A stretch of 64,000 bases of DNA, taken from NCBI GenBank assembly GCA_951406725.2, contig OX597814.1:141546001-141610000 (forward strand), read 5' to 3'. Positions 50,266-63,800 of the stretch are shown here, piece after piece. The stretch comes from Octopus vulgaris (lineage: Eukaryota). The translations under genes were made by a program, and so were the position numbers. The notes under the pieces were generated by a model, which saw nothing but the letters and a program-made list of their open reading frames with translations, was not told where the DNA came from and searched no databases. Every line of letters begins with the position of its first letter. The first letter of the stretch is position 1.

Positions 50266-50636
50266 AGTGACGAGCTCATTGAATCATTAGCGCGCTTGAC
50301 AATACTTTAGAGGTATTTCCTCCGTCTTCATATTCTGAGTTCAAATTCCGCCGAGGTCGACTTTGCCTTTCATCCTTTCAGAATCGATAAATTAAGTACC
50401 TATTGCGTACTGGGGTCGATCTAATCGACTAGCTCCTTCCCCTAAAATCTCGGGCCTTGTGCCTAGCGTAGAAAAAAATATCGGTGAAATATAAAGCGAC
50501 AAGCTGGTAGAATCGTTAGCAGGCTGGGCTATGCGCCCGTCTTCACGTTCTGAGTTCAAATCCTGCTGAGGTCGACTTTGTCTTTTACCTTTCCGGGGTC
50601 GATAAATAAAGTACCTGTTGAACAACTGGTTGATGT
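50266..50636 (+). mobile_element. Two tandem SINE family B copies
   Basis: TTCTGAGTTCAAAT..GAGGTCGACTTTG twice. Confidence 0.88.
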
Positions 50637-50639
50637 TCC

Positions 50640-52890
50640 CGGTCTTACATCAAGACCTTGAAGATCCGTCGCTATTTGCCTATGTCCACAATGGAGCATT
50701 CGGAAATTCTAGTCTGTATGGATCTACCAGCTCAAAACGTCTTAGTAGATCCTGGAAGCAAGCATTACTTCTATTAACACACGAGCCAACATAATCTACA
50801 CGTGCATCGCAGATTGTTTTATAGTCTCTATATAGCACAACTAAGGGATGTGATGTACCAAGAAACTTCTCTAGGTTCTGATAATACTCAGTTTGCCTCG
50901 TATCTTGAGGTGCATAAATTGCAACCAGTCTGAGTCTTACAACGGCTGAACATTAAGTCAATGACGACCAGCCTACCTTCTGGATCTGCAAAAATCAACT
51001 TTTTCTCAGAAACTCGGTTTCTTTTTGACAGGACTAACACCCGGCTCCCACTATGAGGACAGCACCGAGAGATGAAACTCTCGTAACCGTCAAACAGCGG
51101 GAGCAGATCTCTAGGTCTCTTCAACCGGGTTTGTGTAGCAACAACATCTAAATTCCGTGACCTGACGTCATTTAGGAGACGTCCTTGTTTCCAACTAGAC
51201 GTCAGGCCATGCACATTTATACATCCAAAGTGAATACTTGACATGGACTTACCTTAGTCAGTGGTACTCTCTTTTTCACTGGTTCGTGAGGTGATATTCC
51301 GATATAGGTCCTCGTACATCGACTTGTTAAAATCAAGTCTTGGAGGACCCATGTCAGTTGGGTGGTAGTTTTTTAAGATGTTATAGTTCATTTTATCTGT
51401 TTTATAAATAGCAATATTTTCTGGAGTTTTATGGTGATGATTGTAAATTGACGCCGTTGGTATTTGCTTTAACCTTTTTTAATTGTTCGTTATTGTTTAT
51501 TGCAGTCAATATTTCCTTATATTCGTTAGTTTTTCTTGGACTTGATATCGGGGACTGATTGCCTGGGCTTAGCGGGTGGGGGTGATGTATGGGAGAGGGG
51601 GGAAATCCGAACTATAGGGGCAAAGGAGGACTCATCGCCGAAGGGGGAATAGGATGGGAAGGAATCTGATATTATTGACATTTGAGGGGAATAGTGGTGG
51701 GGTGGGGTAATTTTTCTTTGAGTGTCCTGAGTTTTTCTTTTGGTGGTTGTAGGGTTGGGCTGGTTGTCGTTATTATTTTTCCTTTTTTTTTTTGGTTCTT
51801 ACAACCGACTAGCCGTCTTTTTCCCCGGCTTGTTGAACACCATCAGTGCCGGGGTTCTACTGGTCGGTCTTTTGGTTTTGTTCTTTTTTCCCCTCTTCTT
51901 CTTTCTCCTTGCGGGTGGAGCAGTTTATCCGAATGTGGCCTTTTTCGCCCTCCACCATTACCCGCAAGGTGGTTTCTTCTCCGATGTGGATGTTCTCAGA
52001 AATTTCTTCTAATGCCTGGTGGGGTGGGGGGCACTTGGATTATGATCTCAAACCCTTGGCCCCGCCAGTTCTGTTGTATTCTGGAAGCTTCAATCATCTT
52101 GATTTTATCCTCAAGCCTCATTAGGAGATAATCCAGATGACATTTATTTCTGGTGGAATTTCCTCAATAACTATTTTGGATGTTCTCCTACTCATATACG
52201 TTGGCAAAAAATGACATCGTTAGTTTTTATCGGTTGGAGCGAGTGTTTTATAGCCTTTTCCTCATTTTTGAAGTACACCACTACTGTGGCGTATCTTCTC
52301 CCTCTCGTCAAGAACTCGACGTCTTGCCAGATGGGTTGCAGACACTTCTCGATTTGTTCTTTGGATGCCTTGTCTATTTTCTTGTCTTTTATTATCATTG
52401 TCTTATATGTTATTATTTTTCTATTTGTTTCTTCGATTATTTCGTTAGGAGGGTGGTTTTAACATCAAAACCTTCCCTTTCGAACATACCTCTGTATTGT
52501 CGCAGTGAATCTAGCTCTATGTTCAATTTATCTTTTCTCACACCGGCTGCGGTGGCAAAATTAACCTGCTTTTGTTTGTCTCCTGTTGAGTTTACTTTTC
52601 CGTTATTCATTTTATCGTTTTCAGCATTTATTTTTCCTTCTTGGCTCCTTTTTCCGTTTACTGCATTTATGTGGTTTTCGTTCACCTTTTCGTTCATTTT
52701 GTCTTATTTTACAGTTGCTCTTTGGTTAGCTTGGTCAGGGTTAGAAGACTTGTCCTCCGAATTCATTTTCACAAATATAATATTTTCCAAAATATATTTT
52801 CCCAAAATTATTTCATTATTTTCATTATTATTATTTCATTATTTTTCCCTCCGTAAGGAGAGCAACAACAGTCCATTACGTCTGTTAAAA
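50640..52890 (-). mobile_element. 5' half of a Tx1/L1-type LINE (broken ORF1 + APE endonuclease start)
   Basis: ORF 50888-51244: FGCINVHGL..KQGRLL..LDVVA..DPEGRLVVIDL; upstream Lys/Asn-rich ORF1 pieces (52192-52697) and a Pro-rich tract. Confidence 0.8.
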
Positions 52891-52921
52891 TAGAACGTAG
52901 AACAATAAGAAAAGTTCAAAA

Positions 52922-53315
52922 TCTCTATATAATATATAAAGCTGAAGTTGTCTGTGTATGTCAGGTTTGGTAGCCCTCAATTAACATTATCTCCTCTGAG
53001 ACCCTGCGGCGCAAGTTGACAAAAATTGAGAGTATGATAGAAGAAGGCTTGCTCTTCGTTCCGTAGAAGAAAAAATTCAAATCGGACCATGTTAACACCA
53101 TAAATTATTTACATCAAAAAGGTGCTTTTGTCTATGAAAATCCCTATTTTTAAAGATTTTTTGACTACTGTGTCGCCATTTTTCGGCATATTTCAACCAG
53201 AAAAAATGTTCACTTAAAGAGAATAACAAGCTACATTATGCAAAATTTTTACTTTTCAAAAATTCCAATTCTACAGGGTCGAAACAAACCCGAGCAACGC
53301 CGGCGATACTGCTAG
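52922..53315 (+). mobile_element. Non-autonomous Helitron
   Basis: A|TC.. start, subterminal hairpin CCCGAGCAACGCCGG, CTAG|T end, no TSD. Confidence 0.88.
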
Positions 53316-53681
53316 TTTAACAATAAATAGCAACAATATCAATAAATAATAAGAATTTCTTATATCAATAAATAATAAGAAATTCTCGCAAAGACAAATT
53401 CACCGCAGCGTGCTAAAGATTCTTCCAGTTTGCTGGCTTAGATGCGGAAATCAATATTAACTCTTTTAAATACTGGAGTTGTGATTAAGCGATTAATGAG
53501 ATTATCATACCATTTTTAAAACGTATAAAAATTCAATTATAAGATATAATTTTCACTATTTTCTTGCAGCTTGAGTGACATGATCAAATGTTAATTAGCG
53601 AGCCCAAAGGGTTAAGTATTACACAATCGCAATTTCAAAGAAATTCTTTAAACAATCACGCATACCACACATAGGAGTTCT

Positions 53682-53718
<37 letters not shown>

Positions 53719-53799
53719 TCTTTCTTTCTTCTTGTCTTTTCCCTTTTTTACGAAAATTAGTGGCAACGGTTTGATGAATTATTTCCATCAGCAAATAGA

Positions 53800-54036
53800 A
53801 GTGAGCTGACAGAATCAATTGAACGTCGGAAAAATACTTTGCCGTATTTATTCCCAGTCATTACATTCCGAGTTCAAATCCTGCCAATATCAAGGTCAAG
53901 TTTGGCTTTCATCATTTCGGAGTCAATTAAATAAGTATCAGTTATGCACTGGGGTCGATGTAATCGACTTAATCCCTTTGTCTGTCCTTGTTTGTCCCCC
54001 TTTATGTTTATCCATCCTGCTGGCAATAAAGAAATA
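53800..54036 (+). mobile_element. SINE family B copy (long-tail variant as at 9831-9900)
   Basis: GGGGTCGATGTAATCGACTTAATCC.TTTGTCTGTCCTTGTTTGTCCCC. Confidence 0.85.
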
Positions 54037-54069
54037 AATACATCTTTCACCTGCACCCGCGTGCGTGCA

Positions 54070-54277
54070 TCTTCTACTTGTTTCACTTATTTGACTGCGG
54101 CCATGCTGGAGCACCATTTTGAATAGTTTTAGTTGAACAAATCAACTCAAGAACTTATTTTTTAAAGCCTGTAACTACTCTGTCGATCTCTTTTGCCGAA
54201 CCGCTATTTTACGGGGACGTAAACATACCAATACCTATTGTCAAGCGTTGGTGGAGGGCAGACACAGATATATACAT

Positions 54278-54333
<56 letters not shown>

Positions 54334-54345
54334 ACACACACACAT

Positions 54346-54390
<45 letters not shown>

Positions 54391-54512
54391 TATACGACGG
54401 GCTTTTAGTTTCTGTTTATCAAATCCACTAACAACGGCCTGGTGTTATAGTAGTCAAACTGAAATACGAACCATGCTGTTGGGAAGCAAGTTTCTAACCA
54501 CAAAGCCACACC
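54070..54512 (-). mobile_element. SINE family A copy
   Basis: GACTGCGGCCATGCTGGAGCACC..TTTTGCCGAACCGCT.. Confidence 0.86.
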
Positions 54513-54561
54513 ATAATATTATATTCATACACACATATGAATATCGTATGTGTAGTGTGTG

Positions 54562-54604
<43 letters not shown>

Positions 54605-54624
54605 ACGTATATAACATTAATCGC

Positions 54625-54830
54625 TCTCCGTCAGTTACGACGAAGAGTGTTGCCGTTGATCCGATCAATGGAACGGCCTACATGTACCCTTAACCGAAAC
54701 AGGGACACAACGTGACACAGGACGTGACAAAGCAGATCCTTTGAATTACAGGTACAAGTCATTTTTGCCAGCTGAATGGACTGAAACAACGTGAAATGAA
54801 GCATCTTGCTGAAGGATACAATCACAAACT
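54625..54830 (-). mobile_element. SINE family C fragment
   Basis: CTCCGTCAGTTACGACGAAG..TTTTTGCCAGCTGAATGGACTG. Confidence 0.78.
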
Positions 54831-54913
54831 TACACCAGGAGCCTAATACCCTGGCCAATATGTTATCTATCTATGTGTGTGTGTGTGTGTCTCTGTCTCT
54901 GTCTGTCTGTCTG

Positions 54914-55003
<90 letters not shown>

Positions 55004-55007
<4 letters not shown>

Positions 55008-56447
55008 TAAAACGGTAAGATAATAAAAGAAAAAAAGAGACCTCAATATTATGTAAATAGAGGAAATTTATCTATAAACTAATATGTTACATTACTCGAT
55101 AGTCAAGATAAAACTCTGAGTTTCAGATGCCGAAGTGGGAATCCACAACGCCATCCCTTCGGTTATCTGGCTATTTGAAAACGCTATGAAAAAATACCGT
55201 TATACAAAAGGAAATTACTGTGTTATAACTCTGCTTGCCTGCGTACTTATACATCGCTATGTAAACGTACACATCTTCACTCGCATTTTTCGCCATAAAA
55301 AATTATATAAAAATACATAAAAAAATATATAAAAAATATATAAAAAATATACATAAAATATATATAAAAAAATATATGATAGAAGGTATGATGAGGTAAA
55401 AAAAACCTTCTTGGGACATAACATAGAAAGCATGTTCTATCTGTTTTCTTTAGGGGACCAAAAACGTAACAGAAATTTAGTCACATGTGGGCATGATCTG
55501 AAAAGTTCTGTCCTTGAGTTTAGACATGTAGTAGGGTCTAAGCTGCTTTTCCAGATAAGCCATCTCTCCATGTCGCATAGACCGCACCTTCCGCTGCCGT
55601 TGGTATAGGGCTTACCTTTGGCCAAAATCTTCTAATGTCTGTTATAATCGACACCTTTATCTCTTAAAGACCAAATATGATTAGATAATTGTGTCGCTTT
55701 TCTTTTGTTCCAGTGCCTAAAGCTCAAAGTGTGGTTATTGAACCTGGCCTTGAAATTACTCTCTGTAAGGCCCACGTATTTCTTCGTCGAAACGGTGTCT
55801 TTAGTGGTTATAGAGTCTACGGTAGCTTCATATATGATGGTCTTGGACATGCAAGCTCCATTTAGCGGACACAATTCTTTATTCCTGCATGAACAGCTGT
55901 TTTCTTGTTGTGTTTTTTGTATGTTATGTTTGATTATGTTTTTAAAATTGGTAGTGGAACTAAAATTAATTTTTAAATTGTGTCTATTGAAGAGTTTCCT
56001 ATAAGTATGGTTAACTGGAAAATGTCTATCTATCAGTGCTAGGAAATATTTACCTATATTGAAGGCCACCTCGGGTGAGTAAGTGGGTGTAAACCAGATG
56101 ACGTTCCTATTTCTATTATTCCTTTTCCTTACTGTTGGGCTAGTAACGGGTGTATATTTTATTTTTTCGCTAAAACCACTATCTTTTAAAGCCTTATTAT
56201 AAACTGGGGCAACGCTATTAAAAATGTCCTTATCAGAGGAGAGGCTAGAAATCCTCTTACTAATATTTTTAACTAAATTTTTGAATACTATAGGGGGATG
56301 GCATGAACCTACATTAATATAACTTAGTCTATCATTGAGCTTCCTATAAGGCTTATAAATATTCTTATTAAGATCTAAGGAAACGTCTAAGAAATTGACA
56401 ACCGTCAGGTTAGTATCTATAGTTATACTAAGTCCGAAGTATTTCAT
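55004..56447 (-). mobile_element. Penelope-like element, 5'-truncated (RT thumb + CxCx5C linker + GIY-YIG + pLTR), in (TA)n
   Basis: VNFLDV, YKPYRK, SCHPP, CSCRNKELCPLNGAC, IIYEATV..YVGLTE..FKARFNNH, then frameshift to RCGLC..LNSRTELFRSCPH; (TA)n at both ends. Confidence 0.93.
55106..55168 (-). ncRNA. Hammerhead-like motif in the PLE pLTR, variant core
   Basis: Minus: AGAUAA CCGAAG GGAUG..CAUCU GAAA CUC A GAG U U UUAUCU. Confidence 0.62.
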
Positions 56448-56649
56448 TATATATATATATATGAGACAAGTGAAAGTATGAAAAGAATGAACTTGAAACC
56501 AGAGATCTGATCTAATTCTAAACGCTTGAACTTTTGCTAAGGGCACCCAAAGACCAAATGGTTGTGTTAAACAGGATGGCGGCTAAATTCTGTCCCACTA
56601 GAATACAGAACACAAAGAGCCGAATTAAATATCACAAGACATGTTGTCC

Positions 56650-56810
56650 GACACAAACAATTCTCCCAATCTGCCGCTTTGAACTGATACTTTATTCTGT
56701 CGACCCTGAAAGGTGAAAGGATAGGTTGGCCTTAGCAGGATTCGAACCCAGCACATAGAGAACCGAAGCAAAATCTTTAAGGTCATTTAACCTATATTCT
56801 GCCAAATCAG
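56650..56810 (-). mobile_element. Decayed SINE family B copy
   Basis: TGTCGACCCTGAAAGGTGAAAGG..GGATTCGAACCCAG. Confidence 0.6.
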
Positions 56811-57372
56811 TTAACTTTCAGCCCTTTAATTTCAGTTTCCGCGCGTGAAAAATCACGCTGTTCGTTAGGTCGCATTTATGGAATATAATAAAAAATAAAT
56901 AAATAAAAAGCAACATTAACGGCAAATATCACGAGTCACCTTTTCATCTCTCATTACAATCTCGTATCATAGCTCTTTAAACCGAAGGCAAGGGGATCTC
57001 TTGGGATCACGGAGGGAAATAATCCTCATCTGAAAATTGCATTTAGGGACAGGGATGTTACACAAAAAGCCGCAAATTCATAGTACGTTTTGAATGGTAA
57101 AACGGATATAGGGAATGTAAAAGTGAGTGGAAAAATGTTATTACAGAGTACTCTTCTGTGATCAATGCTTGTAAATACGCTCTCGATTCATAGATTAGAA
57201 TGTTTATTGGCATGTTCAGTGTGCTGCTGTTAGTATTTGGTCCAGTTGGTTAATTTAAATTTGTACTCTGCTTTAAAGTATTCATTACTCTTTCTTTCAT
57301 TCACTTGCTGTATTGCCGTGCACATACATACATGTAACATATCTGTATAAACATACGCGCACAAACCTGACA

Positions 57373-57439
<67 letters not shown>

Positions 57440-57805
57440 ATATATATATATATATATATATCTTGAGATGGTAAACGTTTTTAATTTTCATTCCTTTCGT
57501 GAATTTATCCTTTTTGTGGTTTTGAGATTTCTACTGCTCTTTCTAGCACAACGCTTTCCTATTTGGAAGCCTCTTATTGTATTTCTATATGAATAATATA
57601 TAGTCTAATGACTAATTTGTTTTTTGTGCTAGGCCACTGGTAATAATAATTTGTTATTACTCTACTTTATTATGTTTATATATGACGAAAACCGGTTTGA
57701 ATCAATATATATATATTTTATCAATTTTTCAAAATAATCCATACACCCATTTTCAATAAAATTTTCTTTCAATTTAGCATTCTGCCTTTTTATAATTTTT
57801 CCTTG

Positions 57806-57869
<64 letters not shown>

Positions 57870-57885
57870 TACAGTATTTCATTCA

Positions 57886-58758
57886 CCGCATGCAGTTCTC
57901 AGGTTACAGCCATAAAGAAAGGGTCAGAGTATACAAAGGAGCCATGAAGTAATTTGATAATATATTATGTAATGATAGGAATGGGATTTGCCCACTCTAT
58001 AGGAACAAGTCATGGAACACTATAGAAAGGACAAAAAAGAAAATAGGGAAGGCCAACTCTTGGTATGATAGCCATAAATACCAGAGTGTCATGTTCGTTG
58101 ACACCACCCCTGGAGGTGAACTAGCGTACCGCTTTAGAAGGACCCTAGATAAACTTAAACTAAGAATTAAGGTTGTTGAAAAGCCAGGCAACCCTATCAG
58201 ATCTATAATTGGTAGAACCTATCCTTTTAGTAGAACTCTCTGTACGGATAACTATTGCACTGTATGTAGATTTAACCCACAAACAAACTGTAAAGCCAGA
58301 AATGTGGTCTATAGTATAAGATGTATAGAGGGACGATGCAGTAACAAGACAGTAACATACGTAGGGGAAACTGCAAGAAGCATTGGTGAGCGGGTGAATG
58401 AACATTGGAGACAACTCAAGGAAGGTAAAAGCTCATCGATTCTGTACCAACACGCCGAACAAGAACACGGGGATCAATCAATAACATAGAGATTAAGATA
58501 TTGTCCACACATAGAACAGATGCAACAATTAGACAAATTACAGAAGCTACACATATAATAGAAAATAAACCTAGCCTGAATAGAAAACTAGAATGGAGCA
58601 ATAGCGCACACCACAACATATGACAATAGTGGATCCTGCAAACATAATAAATACACAGGTAATTAAAGAAATAGAAATGAATATCTATATATATGTATAT
58701 GTGTATATATATGTATATGTATATGTGTATATATGTGTGTATATATGTATATATATAT

Positions 58759-58811
<53 letters not shown>

Positions 58812-59365
58812 ATTCTTTTTTTTTTTTTTTCGATTAGAATTATTATTATTATTATTAATATTGTTGTTATACATACATACAAGCATATGTAATGATAATA
58901 ATGGGTGGATGTAAACACATGAACAAAATTAGAACAAAAGCAACAACAACAAAAACAAAATACAAATTACAAGAATGTATATAACCAGAAGATACAAATA
59001 TTACAGGCATCCCCCCCCACACACACACTAAATAAACATAGACGCACATAGAGATATAAGCATGCGCAAATGAAGACATACAATAGAAATACAAAATGGC
59101 TGACGGTTAGTAAGGAGAGACACAAGTAAGTGAGAAGAAAACAAAGGACCACTGATGCGGTCACAGGAGTGTGACGAAAGAACTTTGGCCGAAATAAGAT
59201 TAAGATTAATGTAAAAAATAAATATCACTGAAGCAAAATAACACCAAATATATAGTGCGTGTGTTTTTATTGGCTAAACTGGCAATATGACCATTCCGAA
59301 ATATAACAATATCTGTTTCAACACACGACTTCACATAAAAAATCTTGCACAACAAATATTTAAAC

Positions 59366-59370
<5 letters not shown>
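57886..59370 (+). mobile_element. Penelope-like element of Naiad-like type, 5'-truncated (linker + GIY-YIG + pLTR)
   Basis: MQFSGY..PLYRNKSW..WY..SVMFVDTTPGGEL..IKVVEKPG..C4 linker (CTDNYCTVC..NC)..VVYSIRC..YVGETARSIGERVNEH..RQITEA; one stop, one frameshift. Confidence 0.88.
59146..59190 (+). ncRNA. Type-I hammerhead motif downstream of the PLE ORF
   Basis: GGACCA CUGAUGC G GUCACA ggag UGUGAC GAAA GAAC U U UGGCC; perfect 6-bp stem II, C at position 9. Confidence 0.65.
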
Positions 59371-59431
<61 letters not shown>

Positions 59432-59435
<4 letters not shown>

Positions 59436-60305
59436 TATTCGGTATATCAACAACTTTATTTGTTAAAGTTTTCAAATGAAAGTGTTATCACCTGGATTGG
59501 GAGATGGACTTGCATATTATTTATGTGGCGTACAGTAACATACTCTCTCGAAAAAATTGACATTGCCTCAACTGGTGTGCGGTGCACCACAGATATGTTG
59601 AAGTGATCACAGAGATAGTGTTTTATTGACGAACAGGACGCATCATCCGGTTCATAGTTTGAAACCACCACATCGCAAACGTGCTTGCAACATCGTATTA
59701 ACAATGCTATATGCCCTCATATAGTGATACATAAATGGGTATCACTAACAGAGAGGAAGTGAACAAAAGAGATTTCCGACTCACATCAAACTCATCCTTA
59801 CATATCGTTGTATGATCAAGAGCGTCAAGAGGCAACCGCGAAAGTTTGTCAGTACGGCAAAAGCTTATCAGTACTGAGTTATTCAAATACGGGAAATATC
59901 TTATACACAGGTGCAGTATGTATGACTGTGTAGTTGAGAAACTTACTTTGCAGCCATGTGGTTTCGGTTTCCTTCCCTAGGTGCAACTGCGCTATATAAG
60001 ATTAAGTCTAAATTTTGTTCTATATTATATCAGTCAAATGTTTCACAAATATCGTAGATGTTACACACACAAGCGCGCGCGCACGTTATATATTAGGTAT
60101 CATTTCGATTTCGGAAAGATATTGCTTTCTATACCTAGACAGAAGCAAAATATATTATAGATTATTACATCCGCTCCTACAATGATTATCCAGCTTAAAC
60201 TGCAATAGCTGAATTCAATATCTAATCTGCAAGTCCATCTACCAATCCAGGTGATAGCATTTTTATTTGAAAACTTAACAAACAAATTTCTTAATATACC
60301 GAATG

Positions 60306-60309
<4 letters not shown>
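59432..60309. mobile_element. Non-coding element with ~88-bp imperfect terminal inverted repeats, between (TA)n tracts
   Basis: 59432-59519 is inverted against 60223-60309 (AGTGTATTCGGTATAT..ATCACCTGGATTGG.AGATGGACTTGCA). Confidence 0.75.
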
Positions 60310-60391
<82 letters not shown>

Positions 60392-60635
60392 ATGTTTCCA
60401 TTGTGTGGTGCATCGCTCTAGAATCTGATAAAATAGTCTCTATCGAGTTTGTGACTGCGATTCCGATCTGTGGGTATTGTTTAAATTTATATATATATAT
60501 ATATATATAATAATAAATATTAGGAATAAATCCAAATTTACAGGAAAAAAATCAGATTTAGGATTAAATCCAATTTTATAGTAAAATATTATAAAATATT
60601 ATTAGAGACAAAACCACTATTTTAAACAAGGAAAG

Positions 60636-60805
60636 ACTTAATCAATACATAAAATTTTAATAAATATCAAAATATACAATCGTTTCTTGTCTTGATATAT
60701 GGACTTCAATTTACAAGTCAGTTTCAAATTATGACTTCATAATTTGAAACGACTAATTGAGCCATAAGTGATATATTTTATTTATTAAAATATGTATATA
60801 AGTTC
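60636..60805. other. Imperfect palindrome centred on a perfect 14-bp stem
   Basis: GTTTCAAATTATGA ct TCATAATTTGAAAC (60721-60750); outer arms ATACAT..TTTTAATAAATA / TATTTATTAAAA.ATGTAT. Confidence 0.7.
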
Positions 60806-60819
60806 CTTATTTAAATATA

Positions 60820-60850
<31 letters not shown>

Positions 60851-60852
<2 letters not shown>

Positions 60853-63800
60853 ACTTAGAATAACTTAGAAAGGTTTTGGCCAGTATTGGCCCAGGCCATG
60901 TCTAACTTAATAGCACCACCTGGTGAAGTCTTTCAGTTCAGGATTTGGGCACCAAGGCCCATTCGAGCAGAGAGTTATTGTTTGCGGAGACATATCCGGG
61001 TGTGGGTGGTTTGTCCGGTACTGTTTGAAGGAATTTGTCCAAAGACTTCTTGAATTTTGTGTGGTCAGTTTCTTTTTTGACGTGCCCTGGTGTAATTTTG
61101 AAGAGAGCAGGTCCAATTGAGGTGAAATAGTTGTGCCGTATTGTCGTTATGTGATGCGATTTAGATTTTTGTTGTGGACGGATGGCACGCGGTCCAAGCC
61201 TTGGATGCATTTTGAAGGTGATGCCAACATCATTCGGACAGTGCTGGTGGAATATTTTCCACATCATACAGATAATGTAGCGTTCACGGCGTCGTTGGAG
61301 TGAATACAATTTCAGCTTCTCTAGTCTACCCCAGTAGTCAAGGTCTGACATGCCATCTATCTTTTTTGTGATTGACCTTTGGGGAGCTTCAATTCTCATA
61401 ATATTTTGTTTTGTGTAGGGAGACCACAGTGGACAGCAGTATTCAAGGTGGGGTCGGGCAAAAGTGGAGAAGGAAGGATAATAGCGTGGGAATCTCTCGA
61501 CTGGAAGGTTCTGAGAATCCAGGAACACATTCTGCGGGCCATGTCAACTTTGCTGCTTATATGTGTAGCCCAGCTTATGTTGTTGTCCACTGTTACTCCC
61601 AGGTCTCTGATGTTGTTGGATGCCATGAGAATTTCTCCAGAAGGAAGAGAGTATGGGAGTTTCAGAGCGTCCTCCCTTCCAAAGTGGATCAGTTCAAATT
61701 TGTCTTCATTTAGCAACATGTTATTCTTTTCCGCCCATTGGACAACAGCCAGTAGGTCTGACTGAAGGTTTATTCGGTCATCCACGCCATTGATGACCTT
61801 CTGGAGCTTGGAGTCATCAGCGAAGGTTCTGATGTTACTGTGTTTGATGGTATCAGTAATATCATTTATGTAGATGATGAAGAGAAGTGGGCCCAACACA
61901 GTGCCTTGTGGGACACCACTGCTGACTTTGGCTGGGCTGGATTTGACTCCTTCGACTACAACATGTTGGGTTCTGTTAGACAGGAAGCACTTGATCCACT
62001 GCAGCAACTTTCCAGTGACACCAATATTGGACAGCTTTCTCAGAAGGATCTTATGATCAACCCTGTCAAAGGCCTTGCTGAAATCAAGGTAGATGACATC
62101 AGTGTTGGAACCTTCTCCCAAGGCTCTCAAAATGTCATCAAAATGATGCAGTAGCTGCGTCAGGCAATCTCTCCCATTACGGAATCCATGCTGGTTGGGG
62201 TTCAGCATATTATGCCTCTCAAGGAAGTGAGTCATACGCGATCTCAGCACCCTCTCAAATACCTTGATGATATGAGAGGTGAGTGAGATTGGACGGTAAT
62301 TCACGGCAAGCGATTTGTTTCCTTTTTGAAAACTGGGACAACAGACTGGGATAGAAGGTCCTCTGGTATATATCCAGCATCCAGTGAGTTCCGCCACAGA
62401 TTGGCTAGAGGGGGTGCAAGTTGGTTTTGACACATCTTCAAGACACAAGCAGGGAACCTATCGGGACCTACTGCTGAATTATGCTTCATTTCCTTTATTG
62501 CTGCTAAGACATCAGGAGCGCCAAATGTTATGTCCGATAAAGTGTATTGGGGAGTAACATCACTGATACAGCCCAGATCAGTCATATCAGGATTGCTGAA
62601 AACAGAGCAATATTGTTTCTGCAATATCTCTCCCATGGTTTTGGCATTGTCTTGAAGAGTACCATTTTCATCAATCAGAGGGCCAACAGTAGAACCAGTG
62701 ACTCTGTGTTTTTTTGCAAATGAAAAGAACACTTTGGGATTGAGTTTGATCTTCTCAATGGCCCAGGCCTCTTCAGCTCTTCGCTGACTATTGATGATAG
62801 ATATCATGTTGTTTTGGAGTTTATGTTTTTTAATCTCTAGCGACGAGATGGCAGTCAGGTTGGTGTGTTGCTGTTGACAGTATTTCAGCATGTTGATCTT
62901 TTTGTTGATTCTTTTAATTTTCCTTATGAGAGATTTTCTATTTCTAGGGATTCGACACTTAGATTTGTTTGCAGATCTTAATGGGGTGTGTCTTGCACAT
63001 ATGTTCGTGATGATGTCTACAAGTGACTGCCAGGACTTTTTAATGTTAGTGGGTGTGTATGTGTGCGTGAAGGACCAATCGACTTGTGCAAGATCATTAT
63101 TGATCGCTTCCCAGTTTGCATTGTGGAAATCCATAGTGTCAAATGGATGAACAGGAGGGATGACATTTGTTTTGCATTTTGGCCAGTGAAATCTCAGATC
63201 ACAGAGAACCATGTCATGGTCGGAGAGTAGGGTTTTCTCCACTGCAATATTGTGGATAGTATCAGTGTGATTGCTGAAAATTAAGTCTAAGACGTTTTTG
63301 TGACATCTCGTTGGTTCGAGTACCAGTTGGGACAAGAAGAAGTCATCCATGAAGTCAAGAAGCGATTCCACTGCCTCCCTGTCAGGGGTTGAGAGAGAAG
63401 AACCTGGCGGCAGACTGTTTGTAGACCAGTCAACCCCGGGAAGGTTGAAGTCTCCCATCATTAAAATGTTGTCAGGTTGACACTGCTGAATGAAACACTT
63501 TATGCTGTTGAGGCATTCCTTTAAGCATGGTAGGGGCGTTTGGGGTGGTCTGTAGAGCCCAACTACTGTTAAGTTGTTGGTTTGACTGAATACAGCGACT
63601 GCTTCGCAGTATCCATTCGAAAATATGTTCATGGCTTCTGTTGAGAATGAATCATGGACATAAATGGCAGTCCCACCCTTTCTTCTGCCAGCACGATCAG
63701 CACGAATGGTTTTGAAATTTTTAACTTTCACCTCGGCTTCAAAGTGGAGGTCACTAAGATGGGTTTCAGTGAGGACGAAGAAAGGGATGTGGTTTGGATG

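Noticed and set aside
52180-52893. 237-aa hydrophobic plus-strand ORF
   Set aside because: Antisense shadow of the A-rich LINE ORF1
58091-58489. Selenocysteine recoding, reported for some Naiad PLEs
   Set aside because: Linker and endonuclease cysteines are TGT/TGC here; the upstream interruption is TAA, not TGA
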